Assembly (NCBI GenBank): GCA_027858345.1
Contig: JAQICX010000069.1
Span: 5,222 to 69,221 of the forward strand
DNA length: 64,000 nt
Origin: Kiritimatiellia bacterium
GTDB lineage: Bacteria; Verrucomicrobiota; Kiritimatiellia; JAQICX01
Direction of reading: 5' to 3'
Position numbers and translations under genes: made by a program. Positions 46,014 to 56,459 of the stretch are shown one piece after another. The first letter of the stretch is position 1. The number at the start of each line of letters is the position of its first letter. The notes under the pieces were generated by a model that saw only the letters and a program-made list of their open reading frames with translations, did not search any database and was not told where the DNA came from.

Positions 46014-46718
46014 TTATTTCAAAAGTATCTTGATATTATGCTGCCAATTTTCGCCAATTTTTTCTTTAGCCATAAATGCATTATATCTAATATATGGTGG
46101 TGAAGTACGCCAATCCTGGGGTCCATATATATCTTCAAGTTTCTTAATAATATCAAAATTCATCTTAAGTTTTTCAAAGGTTTGCAAGTTATCCATTGCA
46201 TTTTTCTTCAAATCATATTCCTTATTCCATAAGTCAATATAAAATGTTTCTTCAGCAGACACATTAGATAACTTGTTCAAATACAAAGTAGCTAATTCAT
46301 AATGCAGCTCTGCATTTTTTTTACTATTCTCATCTGTCAATCCTGATGTTAAAAGCTCAATTGCACTATTAAGAAAATACCATCTAGTTTCCTGATCGGG
46401 TACAACTATTGTAATGTTATAAGCAAGATTCCATGCATTAAAAATAGTTAATTTTGGTGAGTCAGGATTAAGTTCATTTACCAACTTTGAAAAATACTGA
46501 ACCTCAAGAAAATCATTATCTTCAATCAGGTATTGCAATCTAACCATCATAATATCAGATATAATATTTCTAAATCCCCCCATTGTAAGCAGCAGAGGTG
46601 AAATGTTCATACTACTATTATCTGCAAGCTTTTTAGAGTTAAGCTCAGCAACAATACAAGATAAACCAACAGCAATAACCAACAAGATTAATAGTATAGT
46701 TTTTCTTATATTTCTCAT
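46014..46718 (-). CDS. membrane-anchored hypothetical protein (helical-repeat-like)
   Basis: 234 aa. N-terminal TM helix, then a helical body. Overlaps the upstream gene by 4 nt, which suggests an operon. Confidence 0.5.
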   Translation of the reverse strand: MRNIRKTILLILLVIAVGLSCIVAELNSKKLADNSSMNISPLLLTMGGFRNIISDIMMVRLQYLIEDNDFLEVQYFSKLVNELNPDSPKLTIFNAWNLAYNITIVVPDQETRWYFLNSAIELLTSGLTDENSKKNAELHYELATLYLNKLSNVSAEETFYIDLWNKEYDLKKNAMDNLQTFEKLKMNFDIIKKLEDIYGPQDWRTSPPYIRYNAFMAKEKIGENWQHNIKILLK

Positions 46719-47878
46719 TTCTGCTCCATATAAAAACTATCACTTTGAAACTCATGCTCAGAGACCTTAACGACTAAAAGATTTATAATCATAATTATAA
46801 CAGCATAAAACAAAACTTGCCATCCACTGACATACACAGAGTCAACAACATCACCTATGCCATTTCTAAAGAGTGTTTGCAACAAATAGTTTGAACCGCT
46901 CTTAATATAAAACAATTTATAAAACATACATGCAACAATTGAAAGATAGACAGAGAAAAACACTCCCGGAACAGACATGAAAATGGACATCATAAATGAA
47001 ATACTTATAATAATTGATATATTCATAAGAGTCTTGATGCCGCCCTTTAAAAGATTTATTGGAAAACTACTGACATTAAAAACAAGATTAACCGGATCGT
47101 TAACAAATAACACCGGCACACGATCTGAATTGTTAATAAACTTAACTGTTATGGATTCAGATAATGGTGCATCAAAATTATGTGATATTTGTTCGTCAGA
47201 CTTGTATCCATGCTTAAAAACCTCTTTTTGGTCAACAGAGACCAGCCAAAATGAATTTGTATTAAGTCTATGACTGACATTAAACATATTATTGTAGGAC
47301 AATGAAAATCTCTTATTCCACAAATTTCCTGGAATAACAAATTTCCACTCTCTTGTATTCAATGGCAAAACGGTTGCATCAGCCAAAATAAATTCTTTAT
47401 AAATCTTTTCATATGGAATATCCGGATAATTTTCATGAACCTGCAAGGCATTAGCTTCAATCACACTTCTATCAGGAGACAATACAACCTCTGATCGATA
47501 TTTCTCAAAAGTAGATTGATGAACATTTGCTACCAAAACTGTGCCCATAAAGACCACAAGTGGAATCACCATGACAAGCAAAACAGAAAGCATTGAAACC
47601 ATAGCAAAGTATGCCTTGGATATTGGTTTCATAAAGATAAATGCAAATACATTATTCTGCTTTAATGAAAAAAGAAACTTGGCAGATAGATATGCTGACA
47701 AAAAGTATAGAAGAATTATATTGAATTTGAAAAGATACCCCAACATAAAATGAGGTACTTGATTGAAAATCACAAAGAATGCAAATATTAACTGCACTAT
47801 GGTAAAACACCAAAAAGCAGGAATGCAGATTAAATCATATATATTTTTATTTAATAGTTTCTTTGTCATTAGCTTCAC
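46715..47878 (-). CDS. polytopic membrane protein with a large extracytoplasmic loop (ABC-2/permease-like topology), function unknown
   Basis: 387 aa. 3-4 N-terminal TMs, a ~170-aa loop, then 3 C-terminal TMs. The start is possibly the internal MTKK (47869). Confidence 0.5.
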   Translation of the reverse strand: MKLMTKKLLNKNIYDLICIPAFWCFTIVQLIFAFFVIFNQVPHFMLGYLFKFNIILLYFLSAYLSAKFLFSLKQNNVFAFIFMKPISKAYFAMVSMLSVLLVMVIPLVVFMGTVLVANVHQSTFEKYRSEVVLSPDRSVIEANALQVHENYPDIPYEKIYKEFILADATVLPLNTREWKFVIPGNLWNKRFSLSYNNMFNVSHRLNTNSFWLVSVDQKEVFKHGYKSDEQISHNFDAPLSESITVKFINNSDRVPVLFVNDPVNLVFNVSSFPINLLKGGIKTLMNISIIISISFMMSIFMSVPGVFFSVYLSIVACMFYKLFYIKSGSNYLLQTLFRNGIGDVVDSVYVSGWQVLFYAVIIMIINLLVVKVSEHEFQSDSFYMEQK

Positions 47879-49310
47879 TAATCAACGGTGGTGCCAACAG
47901 AACTTCAACACCAACCTCCAAACCTTCTTCAATAACAACCATAATCTTATTACTTAAACCAGTTTCAACATTTCTTCGCTCCGGACCAGACTTTGTCATA
48001 ACGAACACAATTGGCTGATTCTTGAAAATCTGCACACACTGATCAGGAATATAAATTACATTATCAAATTTATTTAGAACAATCTCAGCATTACAAGAGT
48101 TGCCGGGTCTAATTCCATCAGGTGGATCATTTAGTGTTATCTTACAATCATAAAATTTGAGTTCGGGATTCATCCATGATCGTGAAGTATCTGGCAATAT
48201 TGCAATGGTTTCAACACTTCCATTAAATGTCTGTTCCGGAAAACCTTCGATAGTTATTAATACTGCTTGACCAACTTTAATCTTTGAAATTGAAGCTTCT
48301 GGAATACTAACTTTAATAATCATATTGCTCTGTGCCGGCAACTCCAGCAAATTCTGTCTCTCAGAAACCTCTACTCCAACATCAAGAGGTTCTCTTGTGT
48401 CCCAACGATGGCTACCCTTTGAATAAACAACCATACCATCTGCAGGAGCAATAATCTTGCAAAACACCAGTTGTTCTCGAACATCTTTCAAACGAGAAGT
48501 CTGCTGATTGAACTCTGACTGTCTGGCTCTATAGTTTGCTTCTGTTTTGATTATGTCAGCCCGCCCCTTCTTGGCTGTTCTATCCAAAGCCATTTCAGCC
48601 TGCTTGACATCACTCTTAAGCAATTCAACCTGCTGAGGATGTGTATATTTTTTAAGAACAGCAAGCTTATTTTCTGCAATCTGAAGATTAAGCATACTCT
48701 TCTTTACAGCAAGTTCATCAGCCTGCAACTCTGATCTTGTTATATAACTCTTGTCTGCAAGTTTCTCTGACCAGACAAGCTCATCCTTATTTCTTTCCAG
48801 TTCTTCAGATTGAATTGCAATATCAGCCTCCTGCTGCTGAAGTTGTTGAGGATACTCACCATCAATATATTTTTCTAAATCAAGCTTTGCAAATTTTAGT
48901 GTTAAAATAGCTTTTTCATTGTCTGCTTCGACCTGATTTGTTGTTATTGCAAGAGTCTCACGAGCTGTAATCAGATTAGCATCTGCATTTTCAACTTGAA
49001 TCTGTTGACTAATCTCTTTCTCTTCCAATTCACCTGAATCAAGCTCAACGAGTACATCACCTTTTTTGACTAGTCTACCTTCTTCAACAACTCTGATGAT
49101 ACGATTTCGTCCTCTGACTTGACTCTTCAAAACTATTTTATCTTTACTTTCAACTGTCCCGGATTCATTAATGCTAATCAACAATGGGCCCTCTTTAACA
49201 CTGTAAACAGGTATATTATCAAACTCTTTCTTACTCAACATTGAATTTCTTAGATTAAAAACAATTACTCCTAAAACAACAACACCTATAATTATATAAT
49301 ATTTTTTCAT
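47847..49310 (-). CDS. HlyD/MacA-family periplasmic adaptor protein
   Basis: 487 aa. N-terminal anchor, lipoyl-like halves (KGDVLVELD ... APADGMVVY), a long coiled-coil hairpin and a beta-barrel C-terminus. Confidence 0.8.
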   Translation of the reverse strand: MKKYYIIIGVVVLGVIVFNLRNSMLSKKEFDNIPVYSVKEGPLLISINESGTVESKDKIVLKSQVRGRNRIIRVVEEGRLVKKGDVLVELDSGELEEKEISQQIQVENADANLITARETLAITTNQVEADNEKAILTLKFAKLDLEKYIDGEYPQQLQQQEADIAIQSEELERNKDELVWSEKLADKSYITRSELQADELAVKKSMLNLQIAENKLAVLKKYTHPQQVELLKSDVKQAEMALDRTAKKGRADIIKTEANYRARQSEFNQQTSRLKDVREQLVFCKIIAPADGMVVYSKGSHRWDTREPLDVGVEVSERQNLLELPAQSNMIIKVSIPEASISKIKVGQAVLITIEGFPEQTFNGSVETIAILPDTSRSWMNPELKFYDCKITLNDPPDGIRPGNSCNAEIVLNKFDNVIYIPDQCVQIFKNQPIVFVMTKSGPERRNVETGLSNKIMVVIEEGLEVGVEVLLAPPLISEANDKETIK

Positions 49311-49367
49311 ATTTTCTTTCTTTAATCACCTTTAAACTGATTAACTGATAATTCCATTAGTACTAGC

Positions 49368-49904
49368 TTATAGAACGAATGCGATTCCCACAAGAACAAT
49401 ACCATAGGCAACTAATACCGTACTCAGAATTGTTGTTCGACCAACCTTTTTCCCAATTAAACTTCCAAAATCACGCATCAGATATGGTAAACAGACCAAG
49501 TACATGCCAATGACAATAAGAATATAACATGCCAATGATAACACTGGTGTGAATGTTGAAAAATTCATTCTTGCCAAGTCTAAAACTGGAGCCATTAAAA
49601 TCAAAAATAAACCACCTAATGCCCTGGAAAACAATAGTTCATCCAAATACATATTAACCAAGACAATTGATACAGGCAAAAGAGGTATCAACAACCATTT
49701 GTATTGGTCAATAAATCCCATCGGCATTGCTTTCAGCAAAAAGTATGTAAGAATCAAATCGATAGTAGAAAGAGCCATCCCTGCATACTTATTACGACAA
49801 AATGTCTTTAAAAATGTTGAAAATTTTCCTCGTGCTAAAGTTATCATCCCGCCGGTAATTATAAACAAAAAACCTATAATAAGTGTATAAACTGTTATTA
49901 ACAT
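49368..49904 (-). CDS. hypothetical integral membrane protein
   Basis: 178 aa with 5-6 TM helices. Overlaps the miaB end by 7 nt. Confidence 0.5.
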   Translation of the reverse strand: MLITVYTLIIGFLFIITGGMITLARGKFSTFLKTFCRNKYAGMALSTIDLILTYFLLKAMPMGFIDQYKWLLIPLLPVSIVLVNMYLDELLFSRALGGLFLILMAPVLDLARMNFSTFTPVLSLACYILIVIGMYLVCLPYLMRDFGSLIGKKVGRTTILSTVLVAYGIVLVGIAFVL

Positions 49905-51247
49905 TTTTCAATTTCTCCATAAATTGTTTGAGGCATAGCTGATGAAATTTTAACAATCACTAAGTCCCCTATTTCTAAATTTCCGATTGCATCAAACACA
50001 ACAATCTTATTTGTTCGTGTCCGACCAGACCATTTATCATCATTTCTTTTGCTGACACCTTCAACTAGAACTTCAACACTCGTACCAACCAAATGTTCGT
50101 TAATTCTTTGACCTCTTTCATTCTGATCATCAAGAAGAATCTGGTGCCTTCTAATCTTCTCGTCTTCCGAAACATCATCTTCCCACTCAGCAGCTGGAGT
50201 TCCTGGACGTGTTGAATATTTAAAAATGTAAGCATTATCAAATTTCATCTCTTCCATAAATCGTCTGGTTTCCTGAAACTGCTCTTCTGTCTCTCCAGGA
50301 AATCCAACAATAACATCTGTTGTTATGGCAAATCCTGACATGTATTTTTTCATTGAAGCCAATGCTTCTCTGTAACGTTGAGTATCATACCCACGTCGCA
50401 TTCTCTTAAGAACTTCATCAGATCCTGATTGAAGCGGCAGATGCATATGTTCACAAACAGATGGCAACTCTGACATTGCTCTTGCAAATTCATCAGTACA
50501 TCGCGCTGGATGGCTTGATATAAAACGAAGTCTTTCAATTCCAGGCACAGTGTCAGTAACTTCCATAAGTCTTGGAAATGGTTCCAAATAGCCACGTGGT
50601 GACACGTAATCTTCCGACCATACGTTATTTCTGACACCATATTGCAAAACACTCTGACCAAGAAGCGTTACCTCTTTTGCACCAAGCCTCACAACTCGTT
50701 GGACCTCTTCAACAATCTTTGAAGGCTCCCTACTCCACTCCACTCCTCGAACAGATGGCACAATGCAATAAGCACAGCGTCTTTCGCATCCAAGAATGAT
50801 ATTCACATATGCTGTGATTTCACCTTCTTTGTGCTCACCCCAAGCTTTTTCATTAAACTCAACTTCATTGGCACAATCAACAATCGGCCCACCACCAGAT
50901 TTTATAACCTCAATAATTTCTGGCAGAAAAGCCTTGCTACGTGTGCCAACTGCAAAATCAAGCTTAGGAACAAACTTCAAAATCTCATTTTCTAATCTCT
51001 GCACAACACACCCAACTGCTCCAACAATAAAATTTGGTTCTCTTCTCTTTCTTGCACACAAGTTTCTAAGTTTCCCCAAAGCCTTTGATTCCGCTTTTTC
51101 TCTTATTGTACATGTGTTCACAATTACAAGTTCCGCTTCAGACTCCACATTCGTCTGCTCATGGCCATTTTGAACAAGCAAAGCTGCAATAGCTTCTGAA
51201 TCCCGTTCATTCATCTGACATCCATATGTTCGTATCGAAAATTTCAT
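49898..51247 (-). CDS. miaB: tRNA-i6A37 methylthiotransferase
   Basis: 449 aa. UPF0004 domain (TYGCQMNERDSE), radical-SAM CERRCAYCIVP and a TRAM C-terminus. Confidence 0.95.
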   Translation of the reverse strand: MKFSIRTYGCQMNERDSEAIAALLVQNGHEQTNVESEAELVIVNTCTIREKAESKALGKLRNLCARKRREPNFIVGAVGCVVQRLENEILKFVPKLDFAVGTRSKAFLPEIIEVIKSGGGPIVDCANEVEFNEKAWGEHKEGEITAYVNIILGCERRCAYCIVPSVRGVEWSREPSKIVEEVQRVVRLGAKEVTLLGQSVLQYGVRNNVWSEDYVSPRGYLEPFPRLMEVTDTVPGIERLRFISSHPARCTDEFARAMSELPSVCEHMHLPLQSGSDEVLKRMRRGYDTQRYREALASMKKYMSGFAITTDVIVGFPGETEEQFQETRRFMEEMKFDNAYIFKYSTRPGTPAAEWEDDVSEDEKIRRHQILLDDQNERGQRINEHLVGTSVEVLVEGVSKRNDDKWSGRTRTNKIVVFDAIGNLEIGDLVIVKISSAMPQTIYGEIEKC

Positions 51248-51258
51248 GTCTACCTATA

Positions 51259-53112
51259 TTAAAAATTAACTGCTTTCCAAACTGGATTTTCAAAAGTTCC
51301 AGTCAAACTCATCTCAAAAAATTTACTAAGTGGCCAAACAATTGTATTTATAAACTTAGCCACAAATGTATGTTGTTTCATAAATTTCACTTGAACCTTC
51401 ATGTCATAAGTTCTGGTAATCATATTTGCCTTACCAGTCGCTGACACACTTAAAACATCACCATTAACAACTAATCTTTGTATATCCACTATACCTTTTT
51501 TCATTTCAAAATCTATTGTTGCATCCGACTGACTCATAACAAAATCAAGTCCAGGAATAATCTCTCCAAGAAGCTTTGACAATCCACCAAAAATTTTCAT
51601 TCGGAATAGCCAACCATCTTTGATTGAGAAATAGCCACTAGCGTTCATTTCCGACCAGATAACATCAGACAACACGCCATCTAGTTTAACCTTACCATTA
51701 AATCTGCCGCTCACTGCTTCACTGTTATCCATACCAAGTACAGGAGCAAACAGGCCGTAATTTACACTATCCAGCACAAAATTACCATAATATTCTACAT
51801 TTGTATAAGAATTATCTAAAATGCAGAATGTTAAATCACCGTTGATTTTGCCATCGTAAAAATCACTGTCAAACTCCTTGAATTGATTGGTAATGCCATT
51901 AACAATTACACCACTTTTAAATGTCGTAAAATAAAAATTGCTATACACGAAATTACCAGAATCAATGTTTGCATAAAATGAATTATTTGTGTAGTTACGT
52001 GGCGAAACTTTACCTGTTGCGGTAATTGTTGGTTGCGTAATGAAATCGATTTCTTCAATAAACTCATTCTTAATGTTCATTAACTGTAATAATTCAACAG
52101 GCTCAATTGTGGATTTCCCCTGAAATTTTATCTCTGAATAATCACCCTCTGTAATAAAACTTCCATGAACCAGTCCTTCGTCCCTGACCACATAACTCTT
52201 CTCTCCTTTAATACTTGATCCTTCCTTTGAAGTATAAATTGTCAGTTCTGATTCAGCACTCAAGAAATCAACATTATTATATTTTGATTCATCAACCTCA
52301 AACAGCCCCTTCAGCAACATTGAATCAATACTATTAAAATCTCTCTCAATTGTTCCAACAAAGGTTGTCTCATGCATAGTTTCTTTATCAAATCTATGAA
52401 TAAAATCAACTAATGTTGTGTTTCCCCAGCGGGTAAAAAGCGGAACCAGAAAATATGGATTCAACTTCGCAGATATATCAATGTCTATCAATGCTTTTTC
52501 TGAATCATATACCATTGTTCCCCCTGAAAAAGTACCAGGATTTTCCAAGTTTCCTAATGAACCAGCAATATGTTCCACAAAAAGTTTGCTTCCTCTGCAC
52601 TTGGCATCTGCAGTCATTTCCAAAACCCATACACCATCAAGATATAAATCCTTAAAATACAAACTACTTTCAATAAACAAATTAAAAGGTGGCGGCAATC
52701 CCCCTTCTCCATCTATTGCAGGAACTATTAACTGCCTACTCTTTATTGAAGTATTTAGAAACTTAACTTTCCTTATACGCCGATGACTTTGAAACATGTC
52801 AAACCAATTAATGTCAGTTATCATTGTCTTAATATGAACACCAGCTTCACCTGGTTTTTCTTTTCGGTACACATAAATGTTCTTAAATATAACACCAGAA
52901 AAAAAGTTTAAACGAACCCTTTCTATATCAAAATAAAAACTACTCTTATTAGGAATTGCCAACCCTTTTTTAATCATAAAACGTGGAAAATCATAGAATG
53001 AGAAAAATATAACCAGTACAATTACCACACAAGCAGTAATCGCAATAAAACGAACAAAGAACTTAAACAAACTTAAACAAAAATTATTAAACTTTACTCT
53101 TATCTTATTCAT
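51259..53112 (-). CDS. membrane-anchored beta-rich hypothetical protein (AsmA-like by general appearance only)
   Basis: 617 aa. One N-terminal TM helix, then a long beta-rich periplasmic body. Last gene of the ABC/GldG/DUF4340 string. Confidence 0.4.
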   Translation of the reverse strand: MNKIRVKFNNFCLSLFKFFVRFIAITACVVIVLVIFFSFYDFPRFMIKKGLAIPNKSSFYFDIERVRLNFFSGVIFKNIYVYRKEKPGEAGVHIKTMITDINWFDMFQSHRRIRKVKFLNTSIKSRQLIVPAIDGEGGLPPPFNLFIESSLYFKDLYLDGVWVLEMTADAKCRGSKLFVEHIAGSLGNLENPGTFSGGTMVYDSEKALIDIDISAKLNPYFLVPLFTRWGNTTLVDFIHRFDKETMHETTFVGTIERDFNSIDSMLLKGLFEVDESKYNNVDFLSAESELTIYTSKEGSSIKGEKSYVVRDEGLVHGSFITEGDYSEIKFQGKSTIEPVELLQLMNIKNEFIEEIDFITQPTITATGKVSPRNYTNNSFYANIDSGNFVYSNFYFTTFKSGVIVNGITNQFKEFDSDFYDGKINGDLTFCILDNSYTNVEYYGNFVLDSVNYGLFAPVLGMDNSEAVSGRFNGKVKLDGVLSDVIWSEMNASGYFSIKDGWLFRMKIFGGLSKLLGEIIPGLDFVMSQSDATIDFEMKKGIVDIQRLVVNGDVLSVSATGKANMITRTYDMKVQVKFMKQHTFVAKFINTIVWPLSKFFEMSLTGTFENPVWKAVNF

Positions 53113-53116
53113 GGTT

Positions 53117-54958
53117 TTAGTAAATACCTAATGTTAAATTCGATAACTCAGCAGGCGAAAGAACAAAAATAATATTTTTGCCCTTAACCATTGCATATCT
53201 TGCACCATCATCACCTGCTAAAGCACCTATCAACAAACTCTTCTGTATGCCGGCACCTGTTGAAAAACCAACTTTTAAAATATATTTAGGATTCTCCAAT
53301 CCATATTGTTCCAGATTTTCCGGGTCACTATCCACTATACACTCGGCTCGTAAATTGGCAATGGAAAACAAAATCGAATTCACCGCAACCATATTCACAA
53401 CATTTGTTTGACCATCTGCAACCCAAATACCATCTTCCGATAATTCAACAATCTTTTCTCCTGCATCTGATTTAGTGCTGATAGAACCAATATCTTCTGT
53501 AGCAACATTCAAAATTGTTTTATTATAAAACAAGTAAGGATCAACCAGATCTGGACCAAAAATTAGCTTAGTCTCGTATGGCAATAAGAAAATATCATCG
53601 CGATCTGAGAACTTTCCATAGAATTTGCCTGAATCTTTTTGAGATGTATAAAACTCAAGTTTTTCCACATCATGTTCACCGTTGCCTTTATCAATATTAA
53701 AAGACAAATTTACATAAGGCTCCAACTTTAACGAGTCAACATCCTCGGGCAATACAAAGTCAACTATCCTTGTCTGTTTTGTAAAATAATTAAGAAATGA
53801 TGATATAGTGGCTCGATCTGCAACTGAAAAAACAGGCTCGGTAACAGCCCAAAGCCCATTTGTCCATGTCATAACAAAGCGATTATCATTTTTAGATATA
53901 GCTATTTCTGTTACAAATTCTGGTTCAGTTCGATACAGCCGCTTGCTTCTTAAATCATTTAAGGAAAAATTCAAGACTCTTAAATCATCTTCTTTAAGTA
54001 TAACAGAGAAGATATCAGGCAGATTATTTCTCAAAATATAATGCAAATTTAAATTTTCAGGACTATGTTGTGAAATTTTTAGACCATAGGTGTCACCAAG
54101 TATAGGATCGGTAACATCGATATCAAACAAAACATCTGAGTCTTTAAGTCCATAGCGTTCATACAAAATATTATTTCCATCATAATCAAGAGCACCTTCT
54201 GCACTTGGGGTCTGCTCAATTAAATCCTGCCATACATAATTCTTAATTTTTATCTTAACGAGCTTATCAAAAATGTCAAAAAGAAAACTTGAATCCACTG
54301 GACCAATATCAGGCTGTTCAAAATACCACTCACCTGCAACTTTTTTTAGTTCAACAAAACCAGCTTTTGATGACTTCATTTTAACAACATCCAGAAGCGA
54401 AGAATCAATATTAAACATATCAGGATCTCTCAATTCATCAATGGTCTTTGGCAAAATATCAATAATCTTAGAAGATACTGTATAAATTTTTTCAGATTCA
54501 CTGCTCTTTACATATATATAGTCACCTAATCGTGTACGCTTTCCAAAAACAACTTCAATACTATCGTTATCAAAAAAAAGTGTTATTACAACCGTTGGAT
54601 TATCAAGCCCAAAGGTTTCATATGTCAAATGCCTATCTTTCATATCTTTAGGCGTGACAATTTCTTGATATTTCATATTTTCAACCATCGAGAATACACT
54701 CTCAAAAATGCCTTGCCTTGCCAAATCATAAACAGGTCTCAATAAGTACCAACGCCCTCCAATATTTGAGGCATCAACTTTCCAATCTTCATTCTTAATG
54801 CTGACGGAATTTATATCACTACCTAAAAAAGAAAAAGATAAAACACCTGCCTTACGAGTGTCACCAATTGGCTTATTATCAAATTGAACCAAATAAAAAA
54901 CAATTCCGCCGAAAATTATCGCAACTAAAAACAAAAATATATTAAGCTTAACCTTCAC
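53117..54958 (-). CDS. DUF4340-like protein (typical follower of GldG-type genes)
   Basis: The track ORF is extended to 55048. GTG at 54958..54956 (VKVKLNIFLFLVAIIFGG, signal/anchor) overlaps the upstream TAG by 1 nt. The call rests mainly on synteny. Confidence 0.55.
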   Translation of the reverse strand: MKVKLNIFLFLVAIIFGGIVFYLVQFDNKPIGDTRKAGVLSFSFLGSDINSVSIKNEDWKVDASNIGGRWYLLRPVYDLARQGIFESVFSMVENMKYQEIVTPKDMKDRHLTYETFGLDNPTVVITLFFDNDSIEVVFGKRTRLGDYIYVKSSESEKIYTVSSKIIDILPKTIDELRDPDMFNIDSSLLDVVKMKSSKAGFVELKKVAGEWYFEQPDIGPVDSSFLFDIFDKLVKIKIKNYVWQDLIEQTPSAEGALDYDGNNILYERYGLKDSDVLFDIDVTDPILGDTYGLKISQHSPENLNLHYILRNNLPDIFSVILKEDDLRVLNFSLNDLRSKRLYRTEPEFVTEIAISKNDNRFVMTWTNGLWAVTEPVFSVADRATISSFLNYFTKQTRIVDFVLPEDVDSLKLEPYVNLSFNIDKGNGEHDVEKLEFYTSQKDSGKFYGKFSDRDDIFLLPYETKLIFGPDLVDPYLFYNKTILNVATEDIGSISTKSDAGEKIVELSEDGIWVADGQTNVVNMVAVNSILFSIANLRAECIVDSDPENLEQYGLENPKYILKVGFSTGAGIQKSLLIGALAGDDGARYAMVKGKNIIFVLSPAELSNLTLGIY

Positions 54959-56454
54959 TATTTTCTCCTCGCAAACCAAACAAAAAATCCTAAAAAGGCA
55001 AAACATCCAGGAACAATCAAGCACATCATAAGATATACATATCGCCAAGTCTTCAAATCAAAGTTAATCTCAAGAACAGTAAGATTCTTTGGAGGAATCG
55101 CCAACAATTGTTCTCGCTCTAACAACCAATTTAAAGAACTTAAAAATATTGTTCGGTTTCCACCGACCCCCTGAGTCAAACCGCCATTTGAAACAAAATA
55201 AGAATCTCCAAAAACAACCATTTTACCAGTGCGAAAAAGAGAAGATATATCTGACTTATTAATCTCAATTGCAACCGCTACAGGAAGTGGACCCGGCAAA
55301 TCAATCCCAGCATCATAATGCAGTCTTTTATTATCTGATGATAACTTTTCAGCCCAACTTCTCTCATCTGAAATTGCTAAAGGAAAAACCAAAGGTTTAT
55401 CTGCTTCAGGATTAACTTTGGAATTATCCACAAGCAATGAGGTCGGATTAAAAAACATTGTTGCAACACGAGCCATATTTTCAGTGATAGGATGCCTTAC
55501 ATATGTTGAAACAAGCAACGCATTTCCTTGCAGACTCCCATCAACAACCGTATCATTTCCAACAAGTAAACCATACTTCTTGAAAAAGTCAACCAAGCCT
55601 TGATCAACAGGAGGATCAAGTAAAAATATTGCTCGTCCACCATTCTTAAGATAGTTATCGATTGCCTTATACTCAAAAGTTGCAAAACTTTCAACAGGCG
55701 CAGCAACAATCAAACATGCAGCATCTTCAGGAATGACTCTTGCCGAAGCAAGAAGCAGCTGCTTTATCTCAATATTATCCTGTTCAATCAAAGCTGCAAT
55801 CTTTGAATAACCACGCGTCTTATGAAACTCAGCAGGATTTTTCTCTCGATGACCAGATAAAAAATAAACTATTGGGATATTATCTTTAGCAAGATCAAGA
55901 ATTGCAGAAGAAAAAGCCAACTCTCCTTTAAATGCTATTAATTTGCTCGTTATTCCCTTTGAAGTCACTTCTTTATCAAACAAAACAATATCATCAACGT
56001 AAACAACATTAGACTTGTCATCAAGCTCAAAGACAATAACATTAGGAGTATCAAGGCCAAACTTATTTGCAACCGTTTCAACTCTCGAAATTTCCCTATC
56101 CGGATCAATATATTTTATATCAAAATCTATAGATGTGTTTTTACGCAAATAAAAAGAGTATTCCCCTAAAATATTCCTCACCTCATCATAAAAATTATTT
56201 GACCTCTGAACAAGAACGTAAATTGTCAGATCACCCTTGATATTGTCAAGCAAACGCAAAGTTTTGGGAGACAAATCAAAATCACCAGCATTGTCAAGAC
56301 TGCCACGATAATAAATTTTCATACCAATAAAATTTATAAGACAAAACACAATCAGGGAAAGAAAGCATGCCGTGAATGTACCTAAACCAAAACCTAACTT
56401 CTTGCGCCTCATCTTGCGAATAGCCTTTGAATTCAACTTTTTCTTTAATTTCAT
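54958..56454 (-). CDS. GldG-family ABC-transporter auxiliary protein
   Basis: 498 aa. N- and C-terminal TM anchors with a large periplasmic domain. Has the GldG-type layout (YFLSGHRE, IFLLDPP) and follows an ABC-2 permease. Confidence 0.7.
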   Translation of the reverse strand: MKLKKKLNSKAIRKMRRKKLGFGLGTFTACFLSLIVFCLINFIGMKIYYRGSLDNAGDFDLSPKTLRLLDNIKGDLTIYVLVQRSNNFYDEVRNILGEYSFYLRKNTSIDFDIKYIDPDREISRVETVANKFGLDTPNVIVFELDDKSNVVYVDDIVLFDKEVTSKGITSKLIAFKGELAFSSAILDLAKDNIPIVYFLSGHREKNPAEFHKTRGYSKIAALIEQDNIEIKQLLLASARVIPEDAACLIVAAPVESFATFEYKAIDNYLKNGGRAIFLLDPPVDQGLVDFFKKYGLLVGNDTVVDGSLQGNALLVSTYVRHPITENMARVATMFFNPTSLLVDNSKVNPEADKPLVFPLAISDERSWAEKLSSDNKRLHYDAGIDLPGPLPVAVAIEINKSDISSLFRTGKMVVFGDSYFVSNGGLTQGVGGNRTIFLSSLNWLLEREQLLAIPPKNLTVLEINFDLKTWRYVYLMMCLIVPGCFAFLGFFVWFARRK

Positions 56455-56459
56455 TAATA

